Source of the DNA: Carcharhinus amblyrhynchos
Taxonomy: Eukaryota
Length of the DNA stretch: 64,000 nt
Direction: 5' to 3'
Assembly: GCA_965287045.1 (NCBI GenBank)
Contig: OZ336885.1
Location: 64,418,001 to 64,482,000 of the forward strand
Shown: positions 38,330 to 50,090 of the stretch, in pieces
Layout: each line of letters begins with the position of its first letter
How positions within the stretch are numbered: position 1 is the first letter of the stretch
Translations under genes and position numbers: made by a program
The notes under the pieces: model-generated
Told to the model about the DNA's origin: nothing
What the model saw: only the letters and a program-made list of their open reading frames with translations
The model's database searches: none

Positions 38330-39090
38330 AGCCGTTGAGCACGGCGTATGGAAATCAGCAACGCCATCTATAATTGCATGAGAAGGTCCTGTGGGCAGGG
38401 TAATTGGTGCTGGGAATGGTGGCTGTGCGGAACAGGGCATTTCTGAGCGAAGGTCTGTGTGGATTGCTGACAGAAGCAGTAAATAACGGATGTGTTTTGC
38501 TGTGGCATGGTGTTGAAGTTGGTGGATATTTCAGGGAACGCTGGCAGTGTGAACAGTGAGTACATGAGTGAGCATATCCAGGTTTTGGAGTATTTGGTAA
38601 CGGAGAAGCAGTGTTTTTTTTTGAGACGTTTAAGTCCACTGTAAACCATACTGGATGGGAACCAAATTTGAAAAAAATGTAGGGGATACAAGCATCGCTT
38701 TATCGAATAGGTGGAAGGGAGGTGAATTAACCCTAGAGAATAGGCTGCAGAAATTTGAGGACGTGGGATCTGAAGAGTTGTCTTATTTGAACCTTTAGCA
38801 TTCTATGGATTTTCAATAATATTAGTGGGCAATCCATTGGGAGAAACATAGACAAAGACGTCAAGAAAGTGAAGGGAAGTTCAAAATGAAACAGGAATAG
38901 ATGGTTGCAATTTGCTGCCCCCACTTTAGATGAAAGCATGGAGTAGCCGCAAAAGATTATGATGTCATTTGTCCAGACAGAACACGTGAGGAATTCCGCT
39001 GTGTTACTTTGTAAATTGAGTAGCTCAAAAACAACATTCAGTGGAAAAATGGATGCCCAGGAACACTTTGCGCAACATGAGGTCACGAAT
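38330..39090 (-). pseudogene. Two degenerate C1 domains
   Basis: ASIFPL..FLTCSV..FTFLTSLSM (ORF 38733-39086) and TATIPSTNYPAHRTFSC (ORF 38355-38639). Confidence 0.5.
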
Positions 39091-39164
39091 CTCCATTATC
39101 CATATATTTCGACAGTTATTTTCACGGTTATCAAGCGTTAAGGATCAATGCCGCCTTACTGGAG

Positions 39165-39590
39165 AACAGAAGAGAGCAAAACTGAAACAGAGCCCGACAG
39201 GCACAGAATTCTCATTCGCCAAGCTGCAGCACATGAAACTTTGCGGACAACAAAATAAAGAACTATCCCTGTATAGATTTAAATTGGGCAATTAAGACAA
39301 GATCTGAAAGCCACAACGTTGAAGGTGAGTGGCGATGTCAACGAGGAAATGCTGCAAAATCCGGTGTTGCATTGGAGACAAAAGTGGTAATGACATGGGC
39401 TATTAAACCTGAAATTTAGAACAAAAGAGTTCATGCCCCAAAGTCTAGAAGTGAACTAATAATCATGGAGTCAAATAATGCAGCCGTCAAGAACAAATCG
39501 ATTTTGAAGTTACTGTCGTTGACGACCTCATCTAAATCCTAGCACAGAAAATCGAAATTTAATCCGGGGTATAAAAATAGGAACTCAACT
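39165..39590 (+). pseudogene. Possible inverted V domain
   Basis: On the + strand: KLKQSP, SELII, SYC and FNPGYK (FGPGTK-like). Confidence 0.3.
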
Positions 39591-39799
39591 GCCAGCCTTA
39601 ATTTCCGTTCATTTCAATCAAGTTGAACTGAAAAGTTGTCATCTCTCAGCACGCAGAGTGTGAGAACAGTTCCCTATCAGTTAGAAATATCTTTAAGATA
39701 ATTCTCCATCTATCGACCAAAAAGGTACAAAATCAAAACGAGTTTACCGACAGCGACACCGATAGAACTCCAAAGTTTTATTTTTCAAAAACACATAAC

Positions 39800-40130
39800 C
39801 TGTTATATATATAGAAGTTTGTATTATTACTTGGTAGTGAATTATTTCTGGATTTCTTTCAACAGCATTCCAGTTGAACATAACTTTAATTGTGAGGCTA
39901 CTTGTTTAGTTAAACTTCCCGTTTGATTAAACAAATCTCTTTATATTAATTCAACTGAAATGAGTGCCAGACCGTTGTCATAATGAATCTCTAAACGTTG
40001 ATACGAACACCTTCCCAAACATTAAACCAGATTACGAAACAAGCCAAAAGGATTTAACTCTGAATTGTAACAATTGTTCGGCTTCCGGTGTGGAACCTCA
40101 TGCATCATAGCTGATTATTTTGCCCAATGA
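39800..40130 (-). pseudogene. Degenerate C1 domain
   Basis: PEAEQL, LACFVIWF, ASQLKL, NWN. Confidence 0.5.
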
Positions 40131-40229
40131 AAGTGGGCGATTTTTTTTTTTGGTTTAAAACAAACACCAATGCTTCTACTGTCAACATTGGACGTCGGAT
40201 TTCAGTTATCTAAAAAAAAAAATCCACCA

Positions 40230-40630
40230 TTTGTTGGGAACGTTGAGCTTTAACCTAGGTCCAGAACTGGCCAATCAGAAATCCGACCACGTCCCTTTTT
40301 ATTTAACCTAGTACAAAAGGAGAGAATGATTCCTGTTGATCTTCATTAAAATGTGTGTTTATTCCTCTCATCATGGAATGTATGTTTAGGTCGTTGCCTT
40401 TTATGGGCAACGTTCTGAACTGTCAATGTCAATTCTAGATAATCATCGAATTCTGGCAAGATATTCGTTCTCAGATACTCATGACTGAATGGAACGGGTA
40501 ATCTTCTTCGATTGGTTGAATGCCATATTTTCCAGTTCAGATTTGCAAAAAACACTGTGTTCAATTCCAATGCATAGTTATGGACAATATTTACCTTTTT
40601 CCTTCCTTTGTAATATCTCCTCTGTAAATA
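40230..40630 (-). pseudogene. Degenerate V domain with J-like end
   Basis: NLNWKIW, LTLTVQNV, and SSGPRLKLNV. Confidence 0.4.
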
Positions 40631-40699
40631 AACGGTCATTATTTAATTAAACGTTTGAAAATAAAACAGGTTCGTAGACATGGCATTATTTGCAACTGT

Positions 40700-41950
40700 A
40701 GCCAACATATCAATATTTGTAACCAAAAGTAGACATTTGATTGAGCTTTTTGAAGGGGTACCAAGCAGGTAGATGAGGACAGTACTGTTGATGCTGGGTA
40801 CATGACTTTATCAAGGCCTTTCACAAGTTACTTCATGGTAGTTTCTGGCATACTGTTTAACCTCACGGGAACCGTGGTGAGGTAACTCAAATGGATACAA
40901 CATTCGCTTGATAACAGAAGCTAGAGGGTGGTCTTGGAGGTTTATTTGTTTGTTTTTTAACGTAAGGACCTGTGACCAGCGGTGTGCCTCAGGGGTCATT
41001 GCTGGGACCACTGTTTTTATTGCGAATTATAGTAATGATTTGAATGAGAATATAGAAGGTATGGTTAGTAAGTTTGCAGATGATACGAAGATTGGTCGCA
41101 TAGTGGACAGTGAAGAAGGTCATTTCGGATTGCAACAGCATTTTGATCAATTGAGCCAGTGCGTTGACGAATGACAGATGGAATTTAATTTAGACAAATG
41201 CAAACTGATGCACTTTATATATTGAACCAGGGCAGTTCTTACTCAGATAATGGTAGGGCGTTGGGGAGAGTTATAGAGGAAAGAGATGAAAGGGTACAGG
41301 GTTTATAGCTCCTTGTAAATGTAGTCAATGCTGAACAAAATAAGACATGCTTGCTTCCATAGGTCAGAACATTGAATACAGGAGTTGGGACATTTTCTTG
41401 ATGTTGTACATGGCATTGATATGGCTACCCTTGGAATATCGTGTACAGTTCTGGTCGTCCTATAATACAAACGATATAATTAAAGAAGAAAGAATGCAGA
41501 AAGTATTAATTAGGATGCTACCGAAAAGTGATGATTTCAGTTATAAGAAGAGGATGGATAGATATGGATTTTTTTTTTTCTCTGAAGCATAGAATTGGTC
41601 TGAAATTGGTCTATAAAATAATCAGGGGCAAGATAGTCAATATCTTTTCCAAAATATAGATGTTCTCAAAATCGTGGACATAGTTTTAAAGTGGGAGAGA
41701 AGAGATACAAAAATGTCCAGAGGGTTGTTTTTTTGCACAGAGAGTGGCAAGCGGCTGGAGCAAGCTGCGAGAGTTTGTAAGAAAGGAAGGTACAATTTTC
41801 TCTAAAAAAAACATTTAGGCAGTTGCAAGGGAATTATAGGAAGAGAAACGTACAGACGAAATGCGGACAACTGTCTTTAGCTCAGTTTATTTTACGGGCA
41901 ATTTGGGCCGAAGGTTCTGTTTTCATGCTGCGAAATCGATGACTGCATGA
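40700..41950 (+). mobile_element. Old CR1 RT/3' remnant
   Basis: MVSKFADDTKIG and LEYRVQFWS. Confidence 0.85.
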
Positions 41951-42006
41951 CTCTATTTGTGTGTCTACCAGTCAACATTTGTCCGTGGTGAGGTATTTGT
42001 CATTAC

Positions 42007-42324
42007 CTACAGATTTTCCTTGAGGTCCCAGATAAGAAATTCCTCAAGGAATTGGCAGGCATAGTGAAAGATTGTAATGACACAAAACACAACGCATTCT
42101 GAGAAGGTAAAAGTTTCACTCGGATTTCCGCGATACAACGGACTATATAATGATTTTCAGCGCTTTTTTTTTGCAAACTTGCAGTGGCATGTAGCAGTGG
42201 CTTAACGCTGAATGAGATGCAAAGAGACCATTTGATGTTCGGGATGAATTGTTTATCTTCTCGACAACAGCGTATTACTGAGTCCAAATTAAAATTGTGT
42301 CTTAGGAATTAACTTATTGGCAAT
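42007..42324 (-). pseudogene. Degenerate C1-like exon
   Basis: cttactttag acceptor and gtaatg donor (318 nt); RCC..QFIPNIKW, NHYIV..AEI, LCFVS. Confidence 0.45.
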
Positions 42325-44747
42325 CTAAAGTAAGTTACAGTCAATTGCAACACATAGGCCGCATTAAATCCAAGCTGGCCAAAGTTCAATATAGAAAACT
42401 CACAGAGGCTGCTGAGACATGTTTGGATCAGCCCCGATAACCCATTAAGTGATCATCGCTCCAATTTGATATGCACCGACGTAAATTCCCCTGTCCCTGA
42501 TAATCAAGCAAATCATTACCGTTCCAATTTGATACGCATGGTACTATTGACAACACGTTGGTGACACAAGGCTCCAGAGTGTCCGGGGACGGCACACCTG
42601 TCCTTTCAGTAGGTTGTCAAGTAGAACATTGGGCACTGAGTCCCAGCCTCCTGAGACCCAATGGGCAAAGCACCAAGGGAAGGTGAAAATCATAATCGCA
42701 TGGCCACAAAGGGATAACATATGCACTCCGTACATTTTGGTGGCCAGTCCTCGAGACGCCAGACGATCGAGACACGACCAGAGATGAAAAGGAAGAAAGG
42801 AAGCAAGGAGAAAACGGCCAGCGAGAATCACCATCGAAAGACGAAGCATTGGAAGTCACGGACCGGACCTACAGTCTAAGAAGGCAAGAAACTCACATTG
42901 AGGGCATTATAGCAGAATCCCGGTTGATTCTTGAAAACTTAGTTCGCAATTTACTGGTTAACTATACACATATATTTAACTTCTTATGAGTCCGTACGTT
43001 GTTCTTCTCATACATAAAACTGCCAGGGTAGTAGATGAAAAAAAAAATCATTACAGCTGGGCTGATCTTCATAAAATGCGGCAAAAAGAAGCACGTGTGT
43101 TTAAAGGTGGAACAGAACTTGAAGCCATTGCCAGTTCAACAGAGATTGGGCACCACGACTTCAATGCCGGTGATTACACAACATTTGTCGAGAAGGATAA
43201 AGGTAGAAATAAACCCAGGTCTGCCCACAGGTCATCTCAAAGCAACACCGAACTTTGAAAAGACTTTCAACATGCTTTCAGAAACATGCCATGAAAGGCA
43301 GCGTCCCTGTTGCTGTTACATAGAGCTACTGGAACAATGCAAGATTCTAATGCCTAGATTTGGCAAAACAACAAGTAGCTATGTCCAGTTGGGTGTAAAC
43401 ATTCGAGGGCCTACCTACATTCGACAGGGAAAAAATATGCAGCATACCAGTATCCAAATTTTACCAATTTAAGATGATGGAAATGTGAAATGGATGGCCC
43501 CATTAAAGGAGAAGGATAGAGTTGCAGTCGTATCAGTGGTCGGATAATCAGTGCTCGAAAACAATCGTTCTGGATTCCAAACCTAAGTCTAATCAAGTAA
43601 AACTAAGTCTAATCAAGCAAAACTGAGAACATATACAGCGGCAAATTTTCGAGTTGTCGGTAAAACTAAAGTTCCCCTCTCTTACAAATGACATGTTTCG
43701 TTGGCAATATTAGTGAAGAGCTCGGGCCTGAGCCTAAAGCGTCCAAATGGGTTGAGTGAAATATTCCTCTCTCATGTAAACAACTACTAGCGAAAAAAAG
43801 TAGCTGAAGTGAACTCTTGCCCAAATAACCGACAGTTTATTAACAAAGCAAAGCGACAGTGAAATGAGGCAAAACTATTTTACGAAACATCTTTCTCTCT
43901 TCCTCTGGTCAAGTAAATCTTCGCGGGCGAGGAGCGGACAACAGCGAGAAAAAAGAAGTTCCGTTGACCTCGGGCGGGATTTTCCCTTTTCCGGACAAGC
44001 GTGCTTGGGTAATTTTGACGGTTCTACCATCCAGGACGCATTTCATTGGTTTTTCAAGGCCCAGCTGTAAACATTAGTTGGAAGGGAATAACTGGAAACA
44101 ACAATTTGAAGACAGGAAAATAATGTATTGCGCAGCATGTTTGTTATGCAGAATGTGTAGCACGGATGGTGCCTGTAAAGATGCTCGAAAACGCAGTTTA
44201 AACAAGAAATGAACACTTATTCACAGCACGACAGGTACCCAAATACCGGATCATGGATTTATTGCTAAGTTAGAAAGGTGATAATTTTTTCCTCAAAATT
44301 AGACTTGAGTCATGTTTGTTTCCTCGTGCGGCTGAATGCGGATTTTAAAAATCTGCCGCATCCAATACTCGGAAGCGCCTCTATCAATACAGATGTTTAT
44401 GTTTATGGTTCTGGTCAGCCTACTCGATCATCCAGAGAGCAAAGTATGACATTTTATAAGGTTCACAATCTCTCTGGTAACTCAAATGAAGTATTTGGTT
44501 GAAAAGTGTGGAACATTTGGTCTACTTGCTTGTGAAGAGTGGGTGCGGGCGAAATTCAACTCCACCCGCCTCTGGCCTCAATGCAAATGTAGCGGCCGTT
44601 CTTGGACTGGTGATGTGCAAGACACCGTTCACATCAACCTGTGACTCCGTCTCTCATCCGTTGTATCAAGTGGTGATAACAGACCAACTTTTGAAATGCC
44701 TGCCATACAGGACGTTTTTATTAAGAACGCCAGGGAAAATCTTGTGA

Positions 44748-46465
44748 AAACATAAGGACACAAGAACAGAAGAAATAGGAGCAGCAGTAGGCCGTCTCGC
44801 CCTTCGAGTCTGCTCTGCCATTCAATAAGATCATGACTGATCTGATAGTGATTCAGATCCACTTATTCGCCTGCTTCACTTAACCTTTAATTCACTTATT
44901 GGTTACAAATCTATCTATATGTGAATTAAATACATTTAACGAGGTAGCATCTACTGCTTCAATGGGCAGAAAATTCCAAAGATTCACTATCCACTGGGAG
45001 AAGAAGTTCCCCCTCAGTTCTGTTCTATATTGACTTCCGCGTATTTTGATGCTGTGCCCCCTAGTTCTTGTTTCCATTCTAAGTGGAAATAACATCCTGC
45101 TTCTACCATGTCTAACCTCTTCGTTATCTTATAGGTCCCTATAAGATCGCCCCTCATTTTATATACTGAGTACAGACCCAACCTGCTCAATCTCTCCTCA
45201 CAAGCTAACCCCCTTATCTCCAGAATCAACCTGGTGAACCGTCTCTGTACTCACCCCAAAGCGAATATATCCTTTCTTAAATAAGGGAACGAATATTATA
45301 CACAGTACGGTAGGTGCAGCCTCACCAGTACCTTGTAGAATTACAGCAAGGCATCCCTGCTTGTAAACTCCATGCCTCTCGCGATAAAGGCCAACATTCC
45401 ATTTGCCTTCTTGATCACCTGCTGCATCTGCAAGGTGAGTTTTTGTGATTCATGCACAATGAACCCCAGGTCCCTTTGCACAGTAGCATATTGTAATTTT
45501 TCACCGGTTAAATAATAGTCCATTTTACTATCATTCCTTCCAAAGTGGATAACCTCGCAATTACCAACGTTACACTGCATCTGACAGTTCCTTGCCCACT
45601 GATTTAGCCTATCCAAATCTCTCTGCAGACGTTCTGTGTCCTCCATGCAATTTGCTTTCCCACTCATCTTTGCGTCATCAGCAAACTTTGTTAGCCTCCA
45701 CTCGGTCCCCTCCTCCAGATCGTCCAATGTATATGGGAAACAATTTAGACCCCAGTACCGACCCCTGTGGCACAAAGCTGCTCACGGATTGCCAACCAGA
45801 AAAGCACCAACTTATTCTGACACTCTGCTTTCTGTTAGATAGCCAATCTTCAATCCAAGCTAACACTTTACTCAAAACTCCATGCACCTTTATCTTATGC
45901 AGCAACCTTTTGTGAGGTACCTTATCAAATGTCTTCTGGAAATCTACATACACCACATCCGTGGGGGCCCCTCTGTCAACCACACTTGTTATATCTTCAT
46001 AAAATTCCAGTAAATTCGTCAAACATGTCTTCCCCTTCATGAATCCATGCTGCATCTGTTTGATTGAACCATTCTTTTCCAGGTGTCCTGCTATTTTTTC
46101 CTTCATGATAGACTCCAGCATTTTCTCAACTATGGATATTAAGCTGACTGGCCTGTAGTTACCTGCTTGTTGTCGACCTCCATTTATTCAAAAAAAGTGA
46201 CGCTACATTAGCTGGCATCTCCCCAGAATCAAGCGAATTTTGATAAATTACAACTAACGCATTTGCTCCTACTTCTGTCGTTTATTTGAGTAACCCTGTG
46301 ATGCATTCCATCCGGACGAGGGGACTTGTCTACCTTTAGTCCCGTTAGCTTACCCAGCACTACTTCTCTAGTAATAGTGATCGTTTTAATGCCCTCGCCG
46401 CCTACATCCCCATGACCGTCAATTGTTGGTATACTATTTGTGTCCCCCACTGTGAAGACTTCCGC
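44748..46465 (-). mobile_element. CR1 RT and 3' end
   Basis: QHGFMKGK.CLTNLLEF, VPQGSVLG and FADDAK; 3' tail at 44748. Confidence 0.92.
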
Positions 46466-46534
46466 ACACAGAAAAGTAAACTAATATTAGTTATGGAATA
46501 TTATGGAATGAATATTATGAATGTTATGAATATT

Positions 46535-48108
46535 ATGGAATGCATCCGAGGGTTCTGAAAGAAATGGCGGAGGTGATAGTGGATGCCTTGGTGGCTATTT
46601 TCCAGACGTCGCTGGATTCCGGGGAAGTGCTGGAGGATGGGAAAACGGCTAATGTTACGCCGTTGTTTAAGAAGGGTGCCAGGCAAAAGGCGGGGAATTA
46701 TAGGCCGGTTAGTTTAACTTCTGTGGTAGGTAAGATGTTAGAATCCGACATTGAGGAGGAAATTGCGAGGCATCTTGAAGGGAATTGCTTGATAGAGCAG
46801 ACGCAGCACGGTTTCATTAAAGGGAAGTCGTGTCTGACAAATTTACTGGAGTTCTATGAGGATGTGTCTAGGGCGGTGGATAGAGGAGAGCCGGTGGATG
46901 TGGTCTTTCTGGATTTTCAGAAGGCGTTTGACAAAGTACCTCACAAGAGGTTATTGCAGAAGGTCGAGGGACATGGAGTTGGGGGTAGGGTGTTAGCGTG
47001 GATAGAGGATTGGTTGTCAAATAGGAGGCAGAGAGTGGGGGTCAACGGGTGCTATTCGGATTGGCGGATGGTGACTAGTGGAGTGCCCCAGGGGTCGATG
47101 CTGGGGCCTCAGCTTTTTACCATTTATATAGATGATCTGGAGGAGGGAACCGAGTGTAGGGTGTCGAAATTTGCTGATGACACCAAGATTGGTGGAACGT
47201 CAAATTGTGCGGAGGGTGTGGAGAGACTGCAGAAGGATCTAGATAGGCTGGGCGAAAGGGCCAGGAAATGGCAAATGGAATTTAATGTTGGCAAGTGTGA
47301 GGTGGTCCACTTTGGTAGGAATAATGGTAGGAAGGACTATTACTTACGTGGCGAAAAACTGCAGCAGGCGATGGTGCAGAGGGACCTCCGAGTCCTTGTG
47401 CATGAGTCGCAAAAACCCAGCTTGCAGGTGCAGCAGGTGGTCAGGAAGGCGAATGGGATGCCGGCCTTCATAGCGAGGGGGATTGAATATAAAAGTAGGG
47501 AGGTCTTGCTACAGCTGTATAGGGCATTGGTGAGGGCGCAGCTGGAGTAATGTGTGCAGTTTTGGGCGCCGTATTTACGCAAAGATATTTTGGCCTTGGA
47601 GGGAGTGCAGAGGAGGTTTACTAGGCTGATACCGGAGTTGAGGGGGTTGAGCTATGAGGAGAGGCTGAATAAACTAGGCTTGTACTCGTTAGAGTTTAGA
47701 AGAATGAGGGGAGATCTCATTGAGACGTATAAGATGATGAATGGGATGGATAGGATAGAGGTGGAGAGACTCTTCCCGCTCAAAAAAGACAGTAGGACTA
47801 GGGGGCACAGCCTCAAGATAAAGGGGGGGGGGGGGTGGGCGGTTTAGAACGGAGTTGAGGAGGCACTTCTTCACTCAAAGGGTGGTGAATCTCTGGAATT
47901 CTCTGTTGAACTGGTGGAGGCTGCCTCGCTAAAAATTTTTAAGACGCGGGTTGATGGGTTTTTGATAAGAGAGGGGATTAAGGGTTATGGGGAGAGGGCG
48001 GGAAAGTGGAACTGAGCAGCGACAGATCAGCCATGATCTTATTGAATGGCGGGGCAGGCTCGAAGGGCTAGAGGGCCTACTCCTGCTCCTATTTCTTATG
48101 TTCTTATT
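46535..48108 (+). mobile_element. Young 5'-truncated CR1, same subfamily as 9085-11410
   Basis: 336-aa RT ORF ended by a TAC>TAA stop; near-identical by eye to 9836-11410. Confidence 0.95.
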
Positions 48109-48829
48109 AAAGAGCAATAGTCAAATGGCTATCCAGAACATTTGACGAGAGAACAAGACTTGGATCCGACAGAATGAGCGTGGGTGAGCACAGCCAAAAA
48201 TAAAAATCTGGACCAGGTACAGGCCCTGAAATCACACTTTGTCCTCAAGGCAATATGCCCAGACTGCCGAAGTGCCAGAAGAGACCTCCAGGACTGGCTA
48301 GACCTGCCTCAATATTGCTCGCAATTAATAATCCAGATTCTGATAGAGAAACTGCAGATGAAACCATGGCAATTCATAAGCCATCTGATGAAGGGTGCCA
48401 ACAAGAAGACCAAAGTTCAAGTTATTAGAGAAGAGTTTCTGCTACACTCCTCCACGTCAGGTCATGAGATGGAGACTCTGGATCAAGAGAGGAACCGTAT
48501 CAAGAAATCACTGAGATCCAAGAACCACCCAGTTTCCGTGTGTTCCGAGGGGAAGACGTTTAATGACATCAAGGAAACACATGAGATTGGCCGCTTGGAG
48601 TATGAACCCCTCGATTAGGAGAATATTTTCTGCCCAATCAGATGGTTGGGCCTGTTAAGTTTGAGTAAATCATCATTGGAAGTCGCGTGCCGAATTTGGA
48701 GTCTAAGAAGCTAAGAAGCTAACATTAAGAGCGGTATAGCCGAACTCCGTTTGTTTTTTGCAAACTTACTTGGTAATTTGATCGTTAACTATATTTTAAA
48801 ACTTTTTTTTTTCTTTATACGTTTTCGTA

Positions 48830-49179
48830 CGTTGTTCCTACCATACATAAAACCGCGTGGGTAAAAGAAAAAAAAAACTTGTATCCTTTTTTTAACAATG
48901 GGAATGTCATTTTTTTTCTGATTGATTGTGTGAAGCACGGTCGGAATGACATAGTGATTGTCAGTAAAGGAATAATTTGATCGAACCACATTAGCCTCTG
49001 AGGATTTATTTCACCAAATGGGCAAGTAAATTTCCACTTGAGCCGTTTTTTTTTAACATTGGCAAAAGGTCGTAGTTGATATAAGTGCTCGACATTCTAG
49101 TGATTACATTATTAACGTCACCCCATTACTTAGCATGCTCCATATTTGCATCAATCGAACTCTTCCGATGATTCACAAC
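48830..49179 (-). pseudogene. Weak C1-like exon candidate
   Basis: Acceptor ttttcatattactcag; GVTLI and TDNHYVIPTVLH. Confidence 0.3.
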
Positions 49180-49389
49180 CTGAGTAATATGAAAACACGG
49201 CATATTTTAGATAGAAAAATAAAATTCAAGATATAATGACTTGGCCTTCACAGTAAGGCGATTTGAGACTAGTAATAAGGATGGCTTACTGAATTTAAAA
49301 AAAAAAATTACTCAAATTTAACAGGGTCTTGATGTGGCCAGACTTTGAAAAATGAGCGCAATTTTGTTTGCCTTCTCTGAGGAAGGTGG

Positions 49390-49800
49390 TACGTGTTACA
49401 GAGGGACGGCAGCGAAGCTCCAGCAGACTGATTTCTGGGATAGCATGTCTGTCACACAAACAAAAAAGTCGATTGGAGTTGAGACGCATGAAAGAGATCT
49501 CATAGAAGTTTACGTATTATTAGCAAAATATGCAGAGGAAATAATCCCGATCGTTTGAGTCTCGGGGTAACATTCAGGAATTAGATGAGAAAAGTGCTTA
49601 TTTTTCGCCCAGGGCATATTGAAACTGTGGAATTCACTGTCGCAGCAAATAAGTTTGGTGAAAACATTGTGTGATTTCACGAATGATTTAGACATAGCTA
49701 TTCGGGCTGAAGGGAGTTCATTGCTATCGTGGGAAGGACAGATCAGGACATTGAATTTGGTGATCAGCCATGATCCAAAGGATTTGCGGACATGGCTCAA
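49390..49800 (+). mobile_element. Very old CR1-like 3' fragment
   Basis: RDLIEVY and KLWNSL motifs. Confidence 0.55.
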
Positions 49801-50090
49801 ACAGCCTCTTTTTGTTTCGATTTTCCATGCGCCTACTTCTGACTTCTCGTTTTACCTTTCCAGTGTATTGCCATACTTCGTTATGCGAGTTGAAACCGGT
49901 CAGGACTCTTTTTTTTATTCCTGATATTGCATATGTTCTTCTCAAATATGCAGCGTTTTGTTATTATTTTTACAAAGCGCAGCATTATTTTTCAAAATAA
50001 TTATGGATTCTTGTCATAAAAAATGCACGCCCATTCATTTAGCCTCGTACATTGTCAAAGAGTATTAACACTTCGCTGTTTATTGCTTAC

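Larger units (their letters stand above)
42960..48620 (+). mobile_element. Decayed Gypsy element split by two CR1 insertions (44748-48108)
   Basis: gag-like DFNAGDYTTFVE; FFKAQ; RT FSSKLDLSH; integrase-like SNG just after 48110. Confidence 0.6.
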
